Below are positions 26,614 to 36,048 of a DNA stretch of 64,000 bases, in pieces (the first letter of the stretch is position 1; each line of letters opens with the position of its first letter). A program made the position numbers and the translations under genes. The stretch comes from Candidatus Eiseniibacteriota bacterium (GTDB taxonomy: Bacteria > Eisenbacteria > RBG-16-71-46): contig OY970342.1 of NCBI GenBank assembly GCA_963717505.1, positions 2,592,001-2,656,000 on the forward strand. Direction: 5' to 3'. The notes below the pieces were generated by a model, which was not told the origin of the DNA, made no database searches, and saw only the letters and a list, made by a program, of their open reading frames with translations.

Positions 26614-28034
26614 GCCCCCAGAACGATCCAGTCCGCGAGTCCGGGCCGTTCGACCTGGTCGTGATCGGCTCCGGCCCCGGGGGCTACGTCGCCGCGATCC
26701 GCGCGGCGCAGCTCGGGCTGCTCGACCGCCTGCGTCGAGAAGCTATCCGTCGCTCGGCGGCACCTGCCTCAACGTCGGCTGCATTCCGAGCAAGGCGCTG
26801 CTCGACTCGAGCGAGCACTTCGCGCACGCGCGCCACGGACTCGCGGCCCACGGCGTCAAAGCCACGGTCGAGCTCGACCTGGCGCGCATGATGGCGCGCA
26901 AGGACGAAGTGGTGCGGGACCTGACCCGCGGGGTCGAAGGCTTGTTCCGCAAGCACGGAGTCACCTGGCTTCGCGGCAACGCGCGGATCGCGGCGGCCGG
27001 CCAGGTCGAGGTCACGGGCGCCGAGGGGGCTCGGACGCATTCCACGCGACGCATCCTGATCGCCACCGGGAGCAAGCCGATCGCCCTGCCGGGAATCGCG
27101 TACGACGATCGGCGGATCGTGCACTCGACCGACGCGCTCGCGCTGCCCGAGGTGCCGCCGCGGCTCGCTGGTCATCGGCGCCGGCGCGATCGGGCTCGAG
27201 CTGGGCTCGGTGTGGCTGCGGCTCGGCAGCGAGGTGACCGTCTACGAGCTGGCCGATCGCATCGTGCCCGGAATGGATGCCGCTTCGGGCAAGATCCTCC
27301 ACCGAGTGCTGGCGAAACAGGGCATGAAGTTCGTGCTGGGCGCCGCGGCGAAAGGCGCGAGGGACGCAGGCAGGGTCGTCCGCTTCACCTACGAGCAGGG
27401 GGGTGCGGCGCACGAGGTCGAGGCCGACGTCCTGCTGGTCGCGGTCGGTCGCCGGCCGTACACCGACGGCCTGGGCGCCGCCGAGGTCGGGGTTGCGTTC
27501 GACGAACGCGGCCGGGTCCGCGTCGACGAGCACTATCGCACCAGCGTTCCCGGGATCTGCGCGATCGGCGACGTCATCGCCGGCCCGATGCTGGCGCACA
27601 AGGCCGAGGAGGAAGGCATCGCCGCGGTCGAGCGCATGGCGGGCCAAGCCGGGCACGTCGCCTACGAATGCATCCCCAACGTCGTCTACACGTGGCCGGA
27701 GTTCGCGAGCGTGGGATGGTCGGCCGAGCAGGCGCGCGAGCGCGGGCACACGGTGACGGTCGGGATCTTTCCGTTCGCGGCCAACGGTCGCGCGCGGGCG
27801 ATGGAAGAGAAGGATGGACAGGTGTCGATCGTGGCCGACGCCGCCACCGACCGCATTCTGGGCGCCCACATCGTCGGGCCGCGCGCGAGCGACCTGATCG
27901 CCGAATTGGCGGTGGCCATGGAGTTCGGCGCGAGCGCCGAGGACATCGCCCGCTCGGTGCACGCGCACCCGACTTTGGCCGAAGCCGTGAAGGAGGCGGC
28001 GCTGGCGGTGGCCAAGCGCACGATTCATGTCTGA
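26610..28034 (+). CDS. lpdA: Dihydrolipoyl dehydrogenase E3 (frameshifted)
   Basis: [35 protein letters not shown] (in a shifted frame), [20 protein letters not shown]. Confidence 0.92.
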
Positions 28035-28953
28035 CCGTTTCGTGTTGACGCTGGGTGGCTGGACCGTTCGCGCGGTCGAGACCGGGTACCTATGGCTCGA
28101 CGGCGGCTCGATGTTCGGCTCGGTGCCGAAGCCCCTGTGGAGCCGCGTGCATCCGGCCGACGCGCGCAACCGCATCCGTCTCGCCATGCGTTGCCTGCTG
28201 GCCGAGGGTCACGGGCGCCGCGTGCTGGTCGATGACGGGATTGGGGACAAACTCACCCCCAAGCTGGTGGACATCTACGGAGTGGAATCCGCTCCGACGC
28301 TCGAACAGTCGCTGGTGGCTCTCGGTCTCGAAACCGCCGACATCACCGACGTCGTGCTCACGCACCTGCACTTCGACCATGCCGGCGGCTCGACCCGCGC
28401 CGAGGGCGGCCGGCTGGTCCCGCGCCTTCCGCGCGCCCGCTACCACGTCCAGCGCCGGAACTGGGAGAACGCGTTGCGGCCGAATCCCAGGGAGCGCGCC
28501 TCCTATATGGTCGAGAACTTCGTTCCTCTCGACGAGGCCTCAGTCCTGAAGCTGTCGGAAGGAACGAATTCCCCCTGGCCGGGCTTCGACCTGGTGCTCG
28601 CCGATGGCCACACACGCGGCCAGCAGTTGCCGCGCATCTCTGGCCCCGAAGGTGCGGTCTACTTCGTCGCCGACCTGATTCCGACCGCGGCTCACGTCCG
28701 GATTCCCTTCGTCATGGGTTACGACATTGCCGCGATCGAAACCATGACCGAGAAACGCGCCTTGCTCGAGCGGGCGGTGGCCGAGGGCGCGTGGATCTGC
28801 CTCGAACACGATCCAGTCCACGCCTGGGGGCGGCCTCGGGCCGAGGGCGAGGACTTTGGCTGGGCGGAGCTGGTGGCGAGTGACGCCCCAACCGCCGGCT
28901 ACGGTGTTCCGTCCGCCGCTGGCGTCGAAGCTCGAGCCGGGAGCGCGCGCTGA
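28027..28953 (+). CDS. MBL-fold metallo-hydrolase (YtnP-like)
   Basis: LDGGSMFGSVPKPLW, THLHFDHAGG, GHTRGQQ, ADLIPT, MGYD, EHDP. Confidence 0.9.
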   Translation: MSDRFVLTLGGWTVRAVETGYLWLDGGSMFGSVPKPLWSRVHPADARNRIRLAMRCLLAEGHGRRVLVDDGIGDKLTPKLVDIYGVESAPTLEQSLVALGLETADITDVVLTHLHFDHAGGSTRAEGGRLVPRLPRARYHVQRRNWENALRPNPRERASYMVENFVPLDEASVLKLSEGTNSPWPGFDLVLADGHTRGQQLPRISGPEGAVYFVADLIPTAAHVRIPFVMGYDIAAIETMTEKRALLERAVAEGAWICLEHDPVHAWGRPRAEGEDFGWAELVASDAPTAGYGVPSAAGVEARAGSAR

Positions 28954-29612
28954 TGCTGCACGAACTGTTCGCGCTCTGGTTTCGCCTGACGCTCGAGTGG
29001 GGTTACGCCGGGGTCTTCGCGCTGATGGCGGTCGAATCGACCGTGTTTCCCTTGCCGAGCGAAGTGGTCATTCCGCCGGCGGCCTATTGGGCCGGCCAGG
29101 GCAAGCTCAACTTCTGGGGCGTGGTGGTCGCGGCCACCCTCGGGTCGTGGGCGGGATCGGCGGTGTCGTACGGCGTGGCTGCGTGGCTCGGCCGCCCGCT
29201 GATTCTCAAGTACGGCAAGTACGTGTTCGTGCCCGAGCGCAAATGGCTGCTGGCCGAACGCTGGATTCACCGCTACTCCGCGGCCGGGATCTTCTTCGCG
29301 CGCCTCTTGCCGGTGGTCCGGCACCTGGTGTCGCTGCCGGCGGGGGCGGCCCGCATGCCGTTCGCGACCTTCAGCGCCATGACGCTGCTCGGCTCGTTCG
29401 TCTGGAGCTGGGTGCTGGCCTGGTTCGGCGCCCGCGTCTTGGCGGATCAGCCTCGGTTGCTCGAGGACCCGGAAGCAATGGTCCACGTGCTCAAGGACAA
29501 GCTGCTGTGGTTCGCCGCCGCCGCCGCGATCCTGCTCGCGCTCTACATCTTCGTCGACCTGATGGGGCGCAAGCTCAGGCGCGAGGGCCAGGGCCCCAAC
29601 ATCGAGGCCTAG
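28953..29612 (+). CDS. DedA family membrane protein
   Basis: MAVESTVFPLPSEVVIPPA, FFARLLPVVRHLVSLPAG. Confidence 0.92.
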   Translation: MLHELFALWFRLTLEWGYAGVFALMAVESTVFPLPSEVVIPPAAYWAGQGKLNFWGVVVAATLGSWAGSAVSYGVAAWLGRPLILKYGKYVFVPERKWLLAERWIHRYSAAGIFFARLLPVVRHLVSLPAGAARMPFATFSAMTLLGSFVWSWVLAWFGARVLADQPRLLEDPEAMVHVLKDKLLWFAAAAAILLALYIFVDLMGRKLRREGQGPNIEA

Positions 29613-29621
29613 CCGAGCGCC

Positions 29622-30230
29622 TCACCACAAGTAGACATGCAGGCCGACCTCGGTCAGGTTGCCGCCGCGCGTCGTGAGCACGTTGGTCACGTCTTCCTCG
29701 CTGTCGAAGGTTCCGTCGCTATCGTCGTCGAGCTTCAACGTCTCTTTCTGATAGGCGATGCCATAGCTGGCGGAGAGGCTGACGTTGGCGACCAGGAACA
29801 GCTCGACCTCGAAGTCGAGCGCAGCGGTCCACGACGTGCGCTCCCCGAGGGCGCCGATGCCGAGGAAGAAGGTCTCGGCATCGTCCTCGGAGCGGTAGAC
29901 GAAGCCCGGGCGGGCGATACAGTGCACGCGCGACCACTGCTTGAGGCAGATCGGCGCGCCGACGTCGACCGTCCAGGTCACGAGCGTGCCTTCGATGTCC
30001 TGGCCGCTGTTCAAGTCGAGGGTGACAGCCTTCTCGGACGAGAACCCGAACCCGGCGTCGACGCCGAACATCGGGCTGATCCACCAGCGCACGCCGATCG
30101 GGGCCTGGATCGAGCGGAAGCCGAGTCCGATGGTCGCGGGGGCCGGGTCGTCGGCCGCGAGTGCAGAGGTGGCCGGCGCGAGAGCTGCGGCGACCAAGAA
30201 CGCCATCCTCCAACGAAAGCTGCGAAGCAT
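29622..30230 (-). CDS. Small outer-membrane beta-barrel protein
   Basis: Signal peptide (ALA-AD), alternating beta-strand pattern, terminal GLHVYLW. RBS GGAGG. Confidence 0.7.
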   Translation of the reverse strand: MLRSFRWRMAFLVAAALAPATSALAADDPAPATIGLGFRSIQAPIGVRWWISPMFGVDAGFGFSSEKAVTLDLNSGQDIEGTLVTWTVDVGAPICLKQWSRVHCIARPGFVYRSEDDAETFFLGIGALGERTSWTAALDFEVELFLVANVSLSASYGIAYQKETLKLDDDSDGTFDSEEDVTNVLTTRGGNLTEVGLHVYLW

Positions 30231-30276
30231 GAATCCTCCCTCGACAAAGGTGTGCGCGCGGCGCGAATCGGCCCGC

Positions 30277-30360
30277 ATCGTTCGCGGTGACGCCAGGCAT
30301 GTCAAGTGAGTGGTCCCCGGCGACTTTCTGCTTGACGGCGGAACCCGTCGTGTCGATAGT
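30277..30360. promoter_or_regulatory. Back-to-back sigma70-like promoters
   Basis: Minus: TTGACA(30305-30300)-17-AACGAT. Plus: TTGACG(30332-30337)-17-GATAGT. Confidence 0.5.
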
Positions 30361-30659
30361 CGGTTCACGGCCGAGCGTTGGGCGCCATCCTCCGGCGCCG
30401 TGTGCATGCCGCCGGCAACCCACTCCTCCTTAAGAACGGCATTCGCCTCGCCCGACTTCATGCCTGCCGTTCCATCCGACCAGAATTGCGACCGGGTTCG
30501 ATTTCGTCCGACCGGGAGGCTCCGGAGATGTGCGGTTTCACCGGGGTCGACGTTGGAACGTTTGTGCGCTCAGCGCGCAAACGGGCCTCGCCCGAATCCT
30601 GACGACCTGTTCGCCGGCGGGGCCCGAGTTCGGTTCCAGGTCGAGGAAGCAGGTGGGCA

Positions 30660-33359
30660 ATGTCGAGGATCGGAATCATCGCGACCCTGGCCGCTCTGGC
30701 GGGCGGCATCCCCCTCGAGTCCGCACACGGAGTCACCGCCCCAACGCCGACCGGATCGATCGTGGGGCGCGTGGTCGAGCAGAATCGAACGCCGGTGCCC
30801 TACGCGAGCGTCACGGTGCGCACGCTGGGTCGGGGCGTGGCAACCGACGAGGCCGGGCGGTTCGTTCTCTCCGGGGTTCCTCCGGGGAGCCATGTCGTCC
30901 ACGTGCAGCAAACCGGATTCGAGAGCGAGGGGGTGGAGGTCGTGGTCCGCGCCGGCGAGGCCGCGGCCCTCACGGTCATTCTCGAGCCTCGGGTCACCGA
31001 GGTGCCCGAGATCGAGGTCGTCGGGCGCAAGCCGATCGACGTCAAGACTTCGCAGACCACTCAGGTCATGCCGGGCGCCAGGCTGCAGGAACTTCCGGTC
31101 GAGGGCCTGATGGATGCCGTCGGAACCATGGCTGGTGTCGTGGTGCGCGGCGAGGACGTGCACGTCCGCGGTGGCCGGCCGGACGAGGTGAAGGTGCGTA
31201 TCGATGGCGCCGAGGCCTCGGATCCTCTGCTCGACCGCAATGCCACGGTCGCGACTCTGGCAGTCGAGAACTTCGAACTGATCTCCGGAGGCTTCGACGC
31301 CGAGCACGGCAACGCGCTGTCCGCCATCGTGAACGTGACGACGCGGGAAGGCGGCGAACGCTTCGGCGGCACCGTACGCTGGGACACCGATCGGTACGGG
31401 GATCCGACCAAGACCTTCGACAACTACGACCGTTTCACGTTCGGATTCGGAGGGCCCACGCCGGTTCGCAATCTGACCTACTTCGCGACCTACGAGGGCA
31501 CGTTCCAGGACACGTACCTGCCTTCGTCGTGGACCCAGCCATCGGCGACCCTCGTCGATTTCATTTCGACCGGCAACCGGCAATCGAACGCCATCAACAC
31601 CAACTTGAAGCTCGCCTACCGGGCCGACTCCAGAAACAAGTTGACGTTCGAGGCGATCCGCAACCGAACGATCGTGACTCCCTACGACCACATGTGGAGC
31701 CGGAAGGGCTACGTGCAGGTGGCGCTCGATACCCTGCGCCGGGAGGGATTCCCCGATCAGTATCGGCCCGTCTACGGCGCCTGGTCGGCGACCGCGATCG
31801 ACAGCACCTACCAGCCGATGAACATGCCCGACCACGTGCCGACCACCGACGACGCCTACCGCCAACTCTCGGCCTCGTGGACCCATCAGGCTTCGAAGCA
31901 CACCGTGCTGACCACGCGTCTGTCGGCCATCCAGTTCGAGACCCTGCAGTCGATCGGCCGCAAACAGCCGTGGGAGTTCGACACTCAGAGCCCACAGTTT
32001 TGGTCGGGGAACGTCGGGGCCGGGGAGGACAACCCTTATTTCGCGACCCACGGGGACTATCCGATCTACTCGCGCCGAGACGCGCGGACGTGGGGGCTGA
32101 GGTCCGATCTGGCGACTCGACGGTGGAAACTGCACTCGATCAAGACGGGCATCGAGGCGCGCTACAACCGCATCCAGAACCTGTCGCTGTCGTCACCGAA
32201 CACGGAGACCAACGGTCTTCCGGGGACCACCCGCTCGGACTACACGAACTTCAATCCCGAGGGCTCGGCCTACGTCCAGGATCGCTGGGAGTACGAGGGG
32301 CTGGTCCTGAACGCCGGCATCCGCTACGACTTCTTCACTCCCGGCGACCAGATCTCCGACGCGGATCTGCCGAGCGGGCGTCGCTACAAACAGCAGTTCA
32401 GCCCGCGACTGGGCGTCGCGCATCCGATCTCGGACAAGGACGCGCTCAGCTTCCACTACGGCTGGACCTATCAGGTTCCGGCCCGCCGCTACGTCTTCGA
32501 GAATCGTGACGCCGGCGCGAACGTCCCGGCGCGCGGCAACCCCGACCTCGAACCCGAGACCAACGTCGCGTACCAGGCCAGCATCCAGCACCTGTTCTCC
32601 CGTGACGTGTCGGGGCAGTTCTCCGTGTTCTTTCGAGACATCTTCGGCCTGGTGACGGCGCGCGCGGCCATCGATGCGTACGGCAACCCGGTCGCCGTCT
32701 ACAGCAACGGCGACTACGCCAGCTCGCGGGGATTCGAAGCCAGCATCGCGAAGGCGTTCAGCCACAAGTTCTCGGCCAGCGTCAATTACACCTTTGCACT
32801 CGCCAGCGGGGTGGCCTCGGATCCGATTCAGGCGCTCCAATTCATCAACGGCAATCAACTCTACCTGCCGATCTCGGAGCAATCGCTCGAGTGGGACCAG
32901 CGCCACACGCTCAGCTTCTCGGCCACGGTGCGTGATCCGGCGTGGGGCTTTCGGGTCCTATGGGAATACGGTTCCGGCCTGCCGTTCACCCCGGCGTTCC
33001 TGAACGACCGGCGCCCCGACCCGAGACTGACCAACGCGGAACGCCTGCCTTCCAGCTCCAATCTGACGATCAACGCCGACAAGTTCTTTCGGATGTGGGG
33101 TCAGAGCGTCCGTCTGTTCGTGGACGCGCGCAACATCCTGGACGCGCGCAACATCGCCGCCCTCGAGCAGGGAACGTTCCCCAACCCCTACGTGAGCGGC
33201 GGCGACTACGCGATCTACTACTCGCAGACCGGGCGGGCGGGCGGTGCCTATCAGCAGGACACGAATGGCGACCATGTGCTCGACTGGGTTCCGCTCAACG
33301 ATCCACGCGTCTTCGAGGAGGGCAGGACGGTGCGATTGGGGGCCGCAATGACGTTCTGA
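30660..33359 (+). CDS. TonB-dependent receptor with N-terminal carboxypeptidase-regulatory-like domain
   Basis: GSIVGRV...PVPYASV...TDEAGRF, VHVRGGR, SGGFDAEHGNALSAIVNVTTREG, FSPRLG, GNPDLEPE, terminal Phe. Confidence 0.9.
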   Translation: MSRIGIIATLAALAGGIPLESAHGVTAPTPTGSIVGRVVEQNRTPVPYASVTVRTLGRGVATDEAGRFVLSGVPPGSHVVHVQQTGFESEGVEVVVRAGEAAALTVILEPRVTEVPEIEVVGRKPIDVKTSQTTQVMPGARLQELPVEGLMDAVGTMAGVVVRGEDVHVRGGRPDEVKVRIDGAEASDPLLDRNATVATLAVENFELISGGFDAEHGNALSAIVNVTTREGGERFGGTVRWDTDRYGDPTKTFDNYDRFTFGFGGPTPVRNLTYFATYEGTFQDTYLPSSWTQPSATLVDFISTGNRQSNAINTNLKLAYRADSRNKLTFEAIRNRTIVTPYDHMWSRKGYVQVALDTLRREGFPDQYRPVYGAWSATAIDSTYQPMNMPDHVPTTDDAYRQLSASWTHQASKHTVLTTRLSAIQFETLQSIGRKQPWEFDTQSPQFWSGNVGAGEDNPYFATHGDYPIYSRRDARTWGLRSDLATRRWKLHSIKTGIEARYNRIQNLSLSSPNTETNGLPGTTRSDYTNFNPEGSAYVQDRWEYEGLVLNAGIRYDFFTPGDQISDADLPSGRRYKQQFSPRLGVAHPISDKDALSFHYGWTYQVPARRYVFENRDAGANVPARGNPDLEPETNVAYQASIQHLFSRDVSGQFSVFFRDIFGLVTARAAIDAYGNPVAVYSNGDYASSRGFEASIAKAFSHKFSASVNYTFALASGVASDPIQALQFINGNQLYLPISEQSLEWDQRHTLSFSATVRDPAWGFRVLWEYGSGLPFTPAFLNDRRPDPRLTNAERLPSSSNLTINADKFFRMWGQSVRLFVDARNILDARNIAALEQGTFPNPYVSGGDYAIYYSQTGRAGGAYQQDTNGDHVLDWVPLNDPRVFEEGRTVRLGAAMTF

Positions 33360-33424
33360 CCCGTTGGATGAACCGGGCCCGCATGCAGTAGCTTCCACCG
33401 ATCCGCGATTCACAGGGAGGGCGC

Positions 33425-34534
33425 ATGCCCGGAGTCGGGCTCAAGGACGTGAGCAAGGTCTACGCGCGCGGCCAGCGCGCGGTGGACAACATTCGCCTCG
33501 AGATCGCCGACGGCGAGTTCCTGGTGCTGGTCGGGCCCTCCGGCTGTGGCAAGTCCACCGTGCTCCGCATGATCGCCGGACTCGAAGAGGTCTCGCAGGG
33601 CGAGATCCGGATCGGCGAGCGGGTGGTGAACCAAGTGCCGCCCCGCGACCGGGACATCGCGATGGTATTCCAGAACTACGCGCTCTACCCGCACATGAGC
33701 GTGTTCGACAACATGGCGTTCGGCCTCCGTCGCCGGAAGACCCCGGCGCCCGAGGTCGACCGCCGCGTTCGAGAAACCGCGGCGATGCTCGGCCTCGATG
33801 TCTACCTGACGCGGCTGCCGCGCGAGTTGTCGGGCGGCGAGCGCCAGCGGGTCGCACTCGGGCGCGCGATGGTCCGCGATCCCAAGGTGTTTCTGTTCGA
33901 CGAGCCGCTGTCGAACCTGGACGCCAAGCTGCGCGTCCAGATGCGGGCCGAGATCAAGCGCCTCCACCAGCGGGTGCGGGCGACCATGATCTACGTCACC
34001 CACGATCAGGTCGAGGCGATGACGCTCGGCGACCGGATTGCGGTCATGCGCAAGGGGCTGCTGCAGCAGGTCGCCGATCCATTCACGCTCTACGACCGTC
34101 CCGCGAACCAGTTCGTGGCCGGCTTCATCGGCAGCCCGCCGATCAACTTTTTCGCCGCGCAGGTGAGCCCGGCCGGCGCGCCGCTCTCGCTACAGGCGGG
34201 GGAGGTGCGTTTCGACCTGCCGCAGGCGCTGGCCGAGCGACTCGAGTCGGTGCGCGGTACTGCGGTCACGGTTGGGGTTCGTCCCGAGGACCTCTCGCTG
34301 GTGGCGGCCCCGGGCTCGGGATCGCTCGAGGCGCGCGTGGAAGTCCGCGAGCCGCTGGGGAACGAAGTCCTGGTTCACTGGACCTCGGCGGTGGGCGAAC
34401 TGCTGTCGCGCGTGCCGGGTCACGGAGCGCCGGCGGTGGGCGAGCGCGCGCGTCTGCACGTGGCGCCCGATCGCCTGCACTTCTTCGATCCCAGGAGCGA
34501 ACTCGCGCTCGACCCGGTGGCCGCGGCCGTTTAG
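33425..34534 (+). CDS. Carbohydrate ABC transporter ATPase (MalK/UgpC/MsmX type) with TOBE domain
   Basis: GPSGCGKST, AMVFQNYALYPHM, LSGGERQRVALGR, DEPLSNLDAKLR, VTHDQVEAMT, GVRPED. Confidence 0.93.
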   Translation: MPGVGLKDVSKVYARGQRAVDNIRLEIADGEFLVLVGPSGCGKSTVLRMIAGLEEVSQGEIRIGERVVNQVPPRDRDIAMVFQNYALYPHMSVFDNMAFGLRRRKTPAPEVDRRVRETAAMLGLDVYLTRLPRELSGGERQRVALGRAMVRDPKVFLFDEPLSNLDAKLRVQMRAEIKRLHQRVRATMIYVTHDQVEAMTLGDRIAVMRKGLLQQVADPFTLYDRPANQFVAGFIGSPPINFFAAQVSPAGAPLSLQAGEVRFDLPQALAERLESVRGTAVTVGVRPEDLSLVAAPGSGSLEARVEVREPLGNEVLVHWTSAVGELLSRVPGHGAPAVGERARLHVAPDRLHFFDPRSELALDPVAAAV

Positions 34535-34550
34535 GTCCGCTGGGGGCGGA

Positions 34551-35672
34551 TCAATCGCCCTTGCGCAGCTCCCAGGCCACGAGCGGATCGAACCACACCG
34601 AGAAACCGTGGTGGTGGCGATGGTCGAGGCCGCCCGCCTGCGGTGCCCACGCCGACTCGTAGCGCAGCCCGCCCACGCGACCCACCGGAATCCCGAGACC
34701 GAAGCCCCACGTGGCATCCTCGATTCCGCCATCGGAATCGCGACGGTGCCCGATACGAACCGCGAGCACGTTCGCCACGGCCAGTTCGAGACCCTGCCCC
34801 GACACTTCATGGGTCGACCCCGGCAGGCTGCCACTCATCTCGGACCAGTCGGCGGTCGCGCCCACCGAAATCAGCGGGAAGAGTCCGGCGAACAGCCAAC
34901 CCTCGGGTGCTTCCTCGAGCAACGTCAGCCACTCCGGATGGATCGCCAGTCGCGCCGAGATGCCGTGGCGGATGTGGCGAGTGACGCGCGATCCGTAGAC
35001 CTCGGCGTCGTCGTTGCCGCTCAACACCGAGTAGCCGTACGCCGTGTCGAGTCGATAGCCTGCGCCGGTCTCGGGATCCTCGGGCAGGATGGGCGTGACG
35101 CGCACCAGCGCGCCCCAATCCTCGGCCGAAGTGCGCTCGATGGACCCGGGTGCCTGCGAAACTTCCACCTCCTTGAAGTTCATCCCGAAGCCGACGTCCA
35201 CGCGTTGTCCCAGAGTCGGGGACACGATCCCGAGGCCGCCGGTCGCGGCGGCCAACAGTCTGGCGGCGCTGACGCCAAAGCCCCACGATTCGATTTCCTC
35301 GAACCCCGTCGGTCCGAGAACGTCGCCGTAGATCACCTCGACCCCGCTCGGGAACGGCGTCCCGGACATCACCACCCCGACTCCATGCAGGCCGACCTTG
35401 GCGACCTGGCTCTGGAAGACCGTATTGGGCGTCGAAGCGGGAATCAGTTGTGCGCGCCCGTATTCGTAGCGAATGCCGCGGACGAATCCGGTCAGCGCCG
35501 GATTGCCCCAGTGGTTCATCTCGTCGCCCCAGAACAGCGCGTTCGACGCGCCGCCCATCCCGATCGAGCGCACCGAGACGTCGAAGTCCATCGATACTGC
35601 CGTGCCCTGAGCCTCGGCCCGTGGAGCCAGGACAAGCAGGAGCACGAGCGGGAATCCGCGGAGCCAGGACAT
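34551..35672 (-). CDS. PorV/PorQ (FadL-like) family outer-membrane protein
   Basis: Signal peptide, SVRSIGMGGA...HWGNPAL N-terminal motif, beta-strand-rich body. RBS GGAGG. Confidence 0.65.
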   Translation of the reverse strand: MSWLRGFPLVLLLVLAPRAEAQGTAVSMDFDVSVRSIGMGGASNALFWGDEMNHWGNPALTGFVRGIRYEYGRAQLIPASTPNTVFQSQVAKVGLHGVGVVMSGTPFPSGVEVIYGDVLGPTGFEEIESWGFGVSAARLLAAATGGLGIVSPTLGQRVDVGFGMNFKEVEVSQAPGSIERTSAEDWGALVRVTPILPEDPETGAGYRLDTAYGYSVLSGNDDAEVYGSRVTRHIRHGISARLAIHPEWLTLLEEAPEGWLFAGLFPLISVGATADWSEMSGSLPGSTHEVSGQGLELAVANVLAVRIGHRRDSDGGIEDATWGFGLGIPVGRVGGLRYESAWAPQAGGLDHRHHHGFSVWFDPLVAWELRKGD

Positions 35673-36048
35673 GCTTCCTCCCTGAAAACGAGCGAGCCGG
35701 AAAGATGGATGCTGGAAACCGCATACGCTTCCGCACTCGGCCGGGCGAGTGGGCATCCTGCCCCCGGGGCTCGGTTCTGCGCAACAACTGCCGAGGGGCC
35801 CGTTGCGGCCCCGCAGAGCCCACACCGGCGGGCGGCGGTTTGTCGAAGGATGCTCTTGCGGAGGGGGAAAGATTCGGCGGAGGGGAAGACACGAGACGCC
35901 CGAAGCCGGCACGTTTTCGAGCCCGGAGAGACTCGAACCGTGCCGGCTTCAATGAAGTGGGCGATCGGGTGCGGCCCCATGGTAAGAACGGGGAGAATCG
36001 CCAAACCGGTCGCGTCCAATGTGGGACGTAGCCGGATCGGAGTGGACC

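Noticed and set aside
22494-28034. Programmed frameshifting or true pseudogenes in sucA-sucB-lpdA
   Set aside because: There are too many shifts, no slippery heptamers, and no sign of amino-acid decay; sequencing error is simpler.
30490-30510. GGTTCGATT resembling a tRNA T-loop
   Set aside because: The flanks do not form a T-stem, and no cloverleaf or acceptor stem is visible.
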